Shown piece by piece: positions 58,514 to 64,000 of a stretch of 64,000 nt of DNA. Each line of letters opens with the position of its first letter. Positions within the stretch are counted from its first letter, which is position 1. The stretch covers positions 6,233-70,232 of the forward strand of contig JBDTEG010000013.1 in assembly GCA_039922695.1 (NCBI GenBank). Direction: 5' to 3'. Below the pieces are notes generated by a model. That model was not told the DNA's origin and made no database searches. It worked only from the letters and a program-made list of their open reading frames with translations. Origin of the DNA: Rhodanobacter sp. Its GTDB lineage: Bacteria; Pseudomonadota; Gammaproteobacteria; Xanthomonadales; Rhodanobacteraceae. Both the position numbers and the translations under genes were made by a program.

Positions 58514-60117
58514 ATGCAATCCTATTCTCTGACCATCGACAAATTTCTCGAGCACGCCGCCAAATGGTGGGGGCAGCGTGAAGTCGTTTCTGTGCAGGCA
58601 ACAGCGAAGAATCACATCAGTTATGCCGCCCTCAGGGATCGCAGCAACAGCCTTTCCGGGGCGCTGCAATCATTGGGCCTGCGCCTCGGCGATCGCGTAG
58701 GCACGCTGGGCTGGAATACCCAGCATCACCTCGAGATGTATTACGCGACCATGGGCGCCGGGTACGTCTGCATACGCTCAATCCGCGCTACACCGTTGAG
58801 CACCTGGGCGTGATCATCAACGAGGCAGAAGATCGGGTGCTCGCCGTGACGTCGAGCCTGACTTCCGTGCTGAATGAACTGCTGCCGCTTTGTCCCACGA
58901 TTGAACACGTCGTGATCATTGACGGGGCGTTGCCGGACGGCTTCTCCGCCAACGGATGGACGGCCAGGTTGTGGCTCCTCGACGCCCTGCTCGACCAACG
59001 CGGAGTGGCGGCTGTCTGGGGCGATTTTGACGAGCACGCGCCTGCCGGGCTTTGCTACACCTCCGGCACGACGGGGCCACCCAAGGGCGTGCTTTACACC
59101 CATCGCGCCAACTACCTGCATACGCTGCGAGTGCTGCAGGCCGACGCTATCGCACTGACAGACCGGGATGTCGTGCTGGTGGCCGTGCCCATGTTCCACG
59201 CCAATGGGTGGGGCCTGCCGTTCGCTGTGCCCGCCGTGGGCGCCAAGCTCGTGTTGCCGGGACGTCACGCCGATGGCGCGAGTCTGGCGGCGCTGTTGCG
59301 CGATGAGGAAGTGACTGTCGCCGTCGGCGTCCACACGCTTTGGTCGGGAGTAATTGATCATCTCGATGCCGTTGGCGGCGAACTGCCTGCCTTGGAACGC
59401 ATAGTCATCGGCGGCTCAAAATGTCCGGAGACGCTGATCCGGCGAATGGAAGAACGGCTGGGTGTCCGAGTCCAAACCAGTTGGGGCATGACCGAGCTCT
59501 GCCCCACCGGCACGATTGCTTCTGCCGCGACTCCATCGCCCGGCAATCAGACATCCGGCCGTCCCAGCCTGGGCATCGACCTCAAGCTGACCGATGCCGA
59601 CGGAAAAGCGCTGCCTCGCCAACGGGGCGTGACCGGCTACCTCAAGGTCAAGGGTGCCAGCGTCATTGATCGCTACTACAAGAGCGACATCGATGTGCTC
59701 GACGCCGACGGCTACTTCGATACCGGCGACCTGGCAAGCATCGATGACGAAGGCAACATCGCCATTCGTGGGCGGTCGAAGGACCTGATCAAGTCTGGTG
59801 GTGAGTGGATCAACCCTTCAGAAATCGAGGATATCGTGGGTCAACATCCTGCCGTCAGTCTGGTGGCGGTGATCGGCCGAGCTGACGCCAAATGGGGTGA
59901 ACGCCCTGTACTCGTGGTTGAGCCGCGTGCTGGAACGACGCTCAAATCCGAGGAGTTGCTGGATTGCCTGAAGGGCAAAGTTGCGGACTGGTGGGTCCCG
60001 GACCAGGTCGAGCTCGTCAGTGCCATGCCGCTGGCAGCCACAGGCAAAATCGACAAGCTGCAGCTGCGTGCGATATTCGGCGGGTTGGACGTCGACGCTG
60101 AGTGCACCGACTGTTGA
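58514..60117 (+). pseudogene. acyl-CoA synthetase (AMP-binding), split by an apparent single-base deletion near 58771
   Basis: ORF1 ends GYVC and the shifted frame continues HTLNPRYTVEHLGVIINEAEDR; later [33 protein letters not shown]; pseudogene or sequencing error. Confidence 0.8.
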
Positions 60118-60177
60118 CGCACCGCAACAGCGTTGCATAGACTGACCGACACCCGTCAATCTGGTTGCCGTATCGCG

Positions 60178-60846
60178 ATGCCAAAGGAAATCAAAAAGCG
60201 TGCCCCTCGCCGGAAGGCAGAGCAACGCGCTGAGAGCATGGAGCAGATCCTCGACGCCGCCGAATTCCTCTTTTCCAAAAATGGACTTTACGGTGTCACC
60301 CTCGGCGATGTGGCCAAGCGCGTTGGAATCCATACGACGCTCGTCCATTATTACTTCCAGGACAAGCAGACCCTGTTTGAAGCGGTCTTTGCCCGACGCG
60401 CCGGCGTCACCAGCAGCCGCCGGATGGCAGCACTGGAGCAATATGAGGCAGAGGCGGGCGACTCACCCACCGTCGAAGGCGCGCTGCACGCGTTCCTGGA
60501 TACTGATCTTGACCTCTACTACGAAGGCGGCGAGCACTGGATGAACTATGGCGCCTTCGGTGCGCGGGTAAGCAATACGCCCGAAGGCGCTGCGCTGATG
60601 GACGTCCATTTCGATCCGGTCGTGCTCAAGCTCGTGGGCATTCTGAAGCGTGCGCTACCCGATTATCCCGCAGAGGATATTTTCTGGGGCTACCATTTCG
60701 TGACCGGCGCCTTGATGAATACGCTTGCCCGTACCGGCCGCATCGATCGCCTCTCAGGCGGGATCTGTCACTCTGATGACTTTCCGGCCGTCAAGCAGCG
60801 GATCACTCGGTTCATGGCTGCCGGGTTTCTGGCTCTGAGGCAGTGA
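60178..60846 (+). CDS. TetR/AcrR family transcriptional regulator
   Basis: ILDAAEFLFSKNGLYGVTLGDVAKRVG...HYYFQDK HTH. Confidence 0.9.
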   Translation: MPKEIKKRAPRRKAEQRAESMEQILDAAEFLFSKNGLYGVTLGDVAKRVGIHTTLVHYYFQDKQTLFEAVFARRAGVTSSRRMAALEQYEAEAGDSPTVEGALHAFLDTDLDLYYEGGEHWMNYGAFGARVSNTPEGAALMDVHFDPVVLKLVGILKRALPDYPAEDIFWGYHFVTGALMNTLARTGRIDRLSGGICHSDDFPAVKQRITRFMAAGFLALRQ

Positions 60847-60968
60847 GGGATCGCGGTCAATTTCGTGGTGATATACCCAGCTGATCTGTTGCCCAAGCCA
60901 AACTGCTTCCACCAACGCCGACCTGGGCGTCAGCGGATGTCGGCGTCACCGACATCCGCCTGGCTGAC

Positions 60969-62651
60969 TCAATGCGGCGCGCATTGCGCGGTCGGCTCCG
61001 GCAGCTTGGGCGCGGCGATGCCCACGTTCCAGATCCACGCTTGATCTCCACTTGCCTTGCGGCGGCACACAACGTCGTTGACGAGCTTGTACATGCCCGG
61101 CAGCAGATCGTGCGATGGGTGCGGAGCGTCAGTGAATGCCATGTAGGCCTTGTTCGAGCCAAACGCCGGCCAGTCGGGTTCGCCATTGGCGATCGGCTTT
61201 CCCGTGCGCGCGAAGCTGGTCCAGTAACCGATCATCGCGTCGGAAAGCTTGCGTTGCTGCAGCGTATCGGGAACTTTCGGCCACAGCGGTGGGGTGCCAT
61301 CGAAGTTGCCAAACACGTAGGGCAGTTCGCTGGCATGGAACCCGTGCAGATGGGCGGCATCGGCCGCCGGATAGCCATGGTCGAAGAAATAGAGATAACC
61401 CGGTTGGCCGGTCGTCGCCTGCTTTCGGACCAATTCCTCCGCGGTCCAGCCATACAGCGCGTCCCGGGTCGTGGCGAGGATGCTCTCCTCCATAGTGGCA
61501 CTGGGATACAGGCGCAGGAATTCGTCTGCAAGATCACCGTAGCGGTCACGAATGATGCTTTCATATTCCGCAGCGCTCGCAGGCGGAGGTGGCGCCAGGA
61601 TCCTGAGTGAGCGGATTTCGCCGCTGTTGAAGCCGGCCAGCAGCGGGACAGGCGCCTGTTCGCCTTTTTCGAAAGTATCGACAAGCTGGTGCGGTACCAC
61701 GTGGCCGTCGATGGTTACCCAAGGTGCGAATCCGACGGCCGCCGCGGCTTCGGTCAGCTTGTCTGCGTCCATGGCCCGCAGGGCGGCGAGGTCCGGTGCA
61801 TGCAGTGCGGCGGCAAGCTTGGTGCCACCTTCTTCGGCGGGCGCCATTCCGTACTTGGTCTTTTTCAGTTCTGGCATGGAGATCATGTACGCGCTTTCCG
61901 CGATCGCCTTCGCGAACAAGCCGCGAGCTTCAGGCGAGGCCATCAGGTACATGACGCTCAAGCCGCCCGCGGACTCTCCCGCAATCGTGACATAGCCCGG
62001 GTCGCCGCCGAAGGCGCCGATGTTGTCCTTGACCCAGCGCAGCGCGGCAATCTGATCCAGCAGACCGTAATTGCCAGACACGCCGAGCGGGGACTCCGCG
62101 CTGAGCGCGGGAAGCGCGAGCCAGCCGAGTGGTCCCAACCGATAATTGATGGAGACCACGATGACGCCGCGCTCGGCCAGACGCGCCCCGTCGTAGAGGG
62201 GATCCCGGTTCGAGCCACCCCACAAGGCACCGCCGTAGATCCAGAAAAACACGGGTGCGTGGCGCGCATCCTTGGGCGCCCAGACGTTCAGCGTCAGGCA
62301 GTCCTCACTCATCGGCACGGGCTTGCCCTCGTAAATGTTCGAGAGCTTGGGCTTGGGCTGAACGCAGGCAGGGCCGAACTCCGTGGCTTTCCGGACCCCC
62401 GACCATGCCGGCATCGCTACGGGTGGCTTCCAACGCAGCGGGCCCACGGGTGGCGCGGCGTAGGGGATGCCCTTGAACACGTGCAGCGTGCCCGCCGTCA
62501 GTCCCTGCAAGCGGCCGGCGGACGTGTCCACGACGGGAGCGAATTTGGTCTTCGAGGTAGAGGACATGGCGGGACCTTCGTGCGAGTAGGACGGAGCCAG
62601 GCTGGCAAGACAAACGATCAGGACGCCCAAGGCGCCCGTGCGAAGTGGCAT
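60969..62651 (-). CDS. carboxylesterase type B (secreted alpha/beta hydrolase)
   Basis: FKGIPYAAPPVG, SEDCLTLNVW, GESAGG, HASELPYVFG; ATG overlaps the MFS stop (TGATG). Confidence 0.9.
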   Translation of the reverse strand: MPLRTGALGVLIVCLASLAPSYSHEGPAMSSTSKTKFAPVVDTSAGRLQGLTAGTLHVFKGIPYAAPPVGPLRWKPPVAMPAWSGVRKATEFGPACVQPKPKLSNIYEGKPVPMSEDCLTLNVWAPKDARHAPVFFWIYGGALWGGSNRDPLYDGARLAERGVIVVSINYRLGPLGWLALPALSAESPLGVSGNYGLLDQIAALRWVKDNIGAFGGDPGYVTIAGESAGGLSVMYLMASPEARGLFAKAIAESAYMISMPELKKTKYGMAPAEEGGTKLAAALHAPDLAALRAMDADKLTEAAAAVGFAPWVTIDGHVVPHQLVDTFEKGEQAPVPLLAGFNSGEIRSLRILAPPPPASAAEYESIIRDRYGDLADEFLRLYPSATMEESILATTRDALYGWTAEELVRKQATTGQPGYLYFFDHGYPAADAAHLHGFHASELPYVFGNFDGTPPLWPKVPDTLQQRKLSDAMIGYWTSFARTGKPIANGEPDWPAFGSNKAYMAFTDAPHPSHDLLPGMYKLVNDVVCRRKASGDQAWIWNVGIAAPKLPEPTAQCAPH

Positions 62652-63979
62652 CACGACATGATTCCCCCGTTTTTGGTTGCACGATCTTGACGGCGTAGCA
62701 CTCGCGCCAGAAACAGAAACAGCACGATGGCCACGAGGTAGAAAGGTACGAGCATATACAGCGCGATCTGAAGCGAATGCGCGGGATCGCTGGCATGGAA
62801 GTAATCGCTGACGAATCCCACGTACGTCGGACCCAGGCCCAGGCCGATGAAGTTCATGACCAACAACAGCAATGCGCCCGACATGACGCGCTGGTCCGGC
62901 CGGACTTCCTGCTGGACAAGGGTCACCGACGCGGTGAGATAAAAGTAGTTCAGAAACGCCACGCCGAGCAGGAACCATAGCGAAAGCGACCATCCGGGTG
63001 CCCAGACGAAGCCCACGTAAAGTGGCATGGCGACCACGAGCGAGATGGCGGGAAGCAGGCCGTATGCGGCCTTGGAGCGGCGGCTGAAGTGATCCAGCAT
63101 TCTGCCCGAAACAAGCATTCCCCCGCCCATCCCAACGGCTATAACCAGCGCGTAGTACACCGCGACCTCGTCCAGTGTCATGCCTTTCTCGCGCATCAGG
63201 AACAGAGTGGTGAAGTTGCCCATTCCATAAGTGATCATCTGCGTCGCGGCGCTGCCGAATGCAGCAAGCATCAGCGCGGGGTGTGAAACGAACATCTTCA
63301 GGGTTTCGAGAAATCCCGATGTACGTGCGTCGCTTCTGGCGGCGTCATCAAGTCCGCCCTTCCGCGGCTCGCGCACCGTGAGGCTCAGGACGCCAGCCGT
63401 CAACACGCCCACGCCTCCGAGAATGATGAAGGCGTATCGCCAACCCAAGGTGACCGCGATGAATGCCCCAAAAGCGACACCAAGGGCCGCGCCGATGGGT
63501 GGACCGAGGTTGTATATACCCAGTGCCCTGCCGCGCCACGTAGGCGGGAAATAGTCGGAAATGATGGCGTAGGACGGAGGAACGCCACCAGCCTCGCCAA
63601 AGCCCGACGTCATGCGGGCAATCGCCAGCTCGGGGTAGCTGCGCGCCATGCCGCAAGCCATGGTGGCGGCGCTCCAGACGACGCAGGCAAGCGACAACAC
63701 CCTGATACGGTTGGTCCGGTCGGCCAGCCAGCCGATCGGAATCGATATGAACGTGTAGAACACCGCGAAGTAGAGGCCGCCGATCAACCCCAGTTGGCCA
63801 TCTGACAGACCAAGCGCGTCCTGAATGGGCTTCGCGAGGATGGCCAGAAGCTGCCGATCCAGAAAATTCAGAACGTACACAAAGCAAAGCATGCCAAGCG
63901 CGACCCAGGCTCGGACGCCGGGGATCAACGGCGCGGTGTGCGCCGGAAAATTGGACCCGCCGTCGTCCAAGATCGTCAC
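62651..63979 (-). CDS. MFS transporter (spinster-like)
   Basis: LNFLDRQLL, GWLADRTNR motif A, GEAGGVPPSYAIISDYFP. Confidence 0.9.
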   Translation of the reverse strand: MTILDDGGSNFPAHTAPLIPGVRAWVALGMLCFVYVLNFLDRQLLAILAKPIQDALGLSDGQLGLIGGLYFAVFYTFISIPIGWLADRTNRIRVLSLACVVWSAATMACGMARSYPELAIARMTSGFGEAGGVPPSYAIISDYFPPTWRGRALGIYNLGPPIGAALGVAFGAFIAVTLGWRYAFIILGGVGVLTAGVLSLTVREPRKGGLDDAARSDARTSGFLETLKMFVSHPALMLAAFGSAATQMITYGMGNFTTLFLMREKGMTLDEVAVYYALVIAVGMGGGMLVSGRMLDHFSRRSKAAYGLLPAISLVVAMPLYVGFVWAPGWSLSLWFLLGVAFLNYFYLTASVTLVQQEVRPDQRVMSGALLLLVMNFIGLGLGPTYVGFVSDYFHASDPAHSLQIALYMLVPFYLVAIVLFLFLARVLRRQDRATKNGGIMS

Positions 63980-64000
63980 CAGGGTTGGGATTCGACGGAA

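Overview
GC-rich gammaproteobacterial chromosome segment, most consistent with Lysobacterales/Rhodanobacteraceae (inferred from gene order, GTAG-type REPs and a SAM-I riboswitch before metX-metB-hom). Core blocks: kdsD-kdsC-lptCAB-rpoN, bolA-murA, purM-purN, perM-like/hda, suhB-trmJ, hlyC/corC-like, DUF47-pit, phaZ, xerD, oxyR, mntP, kup plus a KdpDE-like pair, an orphan EF-G, and the met operon. Accessory stretches: (i) about 11.9-20.9 kb after hda, with a PEP-CTERM protein, its untagged paralog, a di-heme cytochrome c, a decayed second copy of the hda 3' half, and an ECF sigma module; (ii) a small AT-richer GNAT islet at about 35.4-36.7 kb; (iii) from about 54.7 kb, a TonB receptor/acyl-CoA ligase/esterase/MFS/SDR/TetR catabolic cluster. 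The best candidate for an undescribed system is the ECF module. The motif GGGAACC-N14/15-GCATC-nnAT occurs three times, upstream of the sigma gene, folE and the DUF4142-cupredoxin-reductase operon. Other leads: a truncated KdpD/KdpE pair apparently wired to kup (KdpE-like box), a possible OxyS-like sRNA opposite oxyR, and tandem Met boxes stacked on a translational SAM-I riboswitch. No rRNA, tRNA, CRISPR array, transposase or phage integrase was seen. Start codons were adjusted by eye where the ORF track over-extends. All family assignments come from motif recognition, not from database searches.
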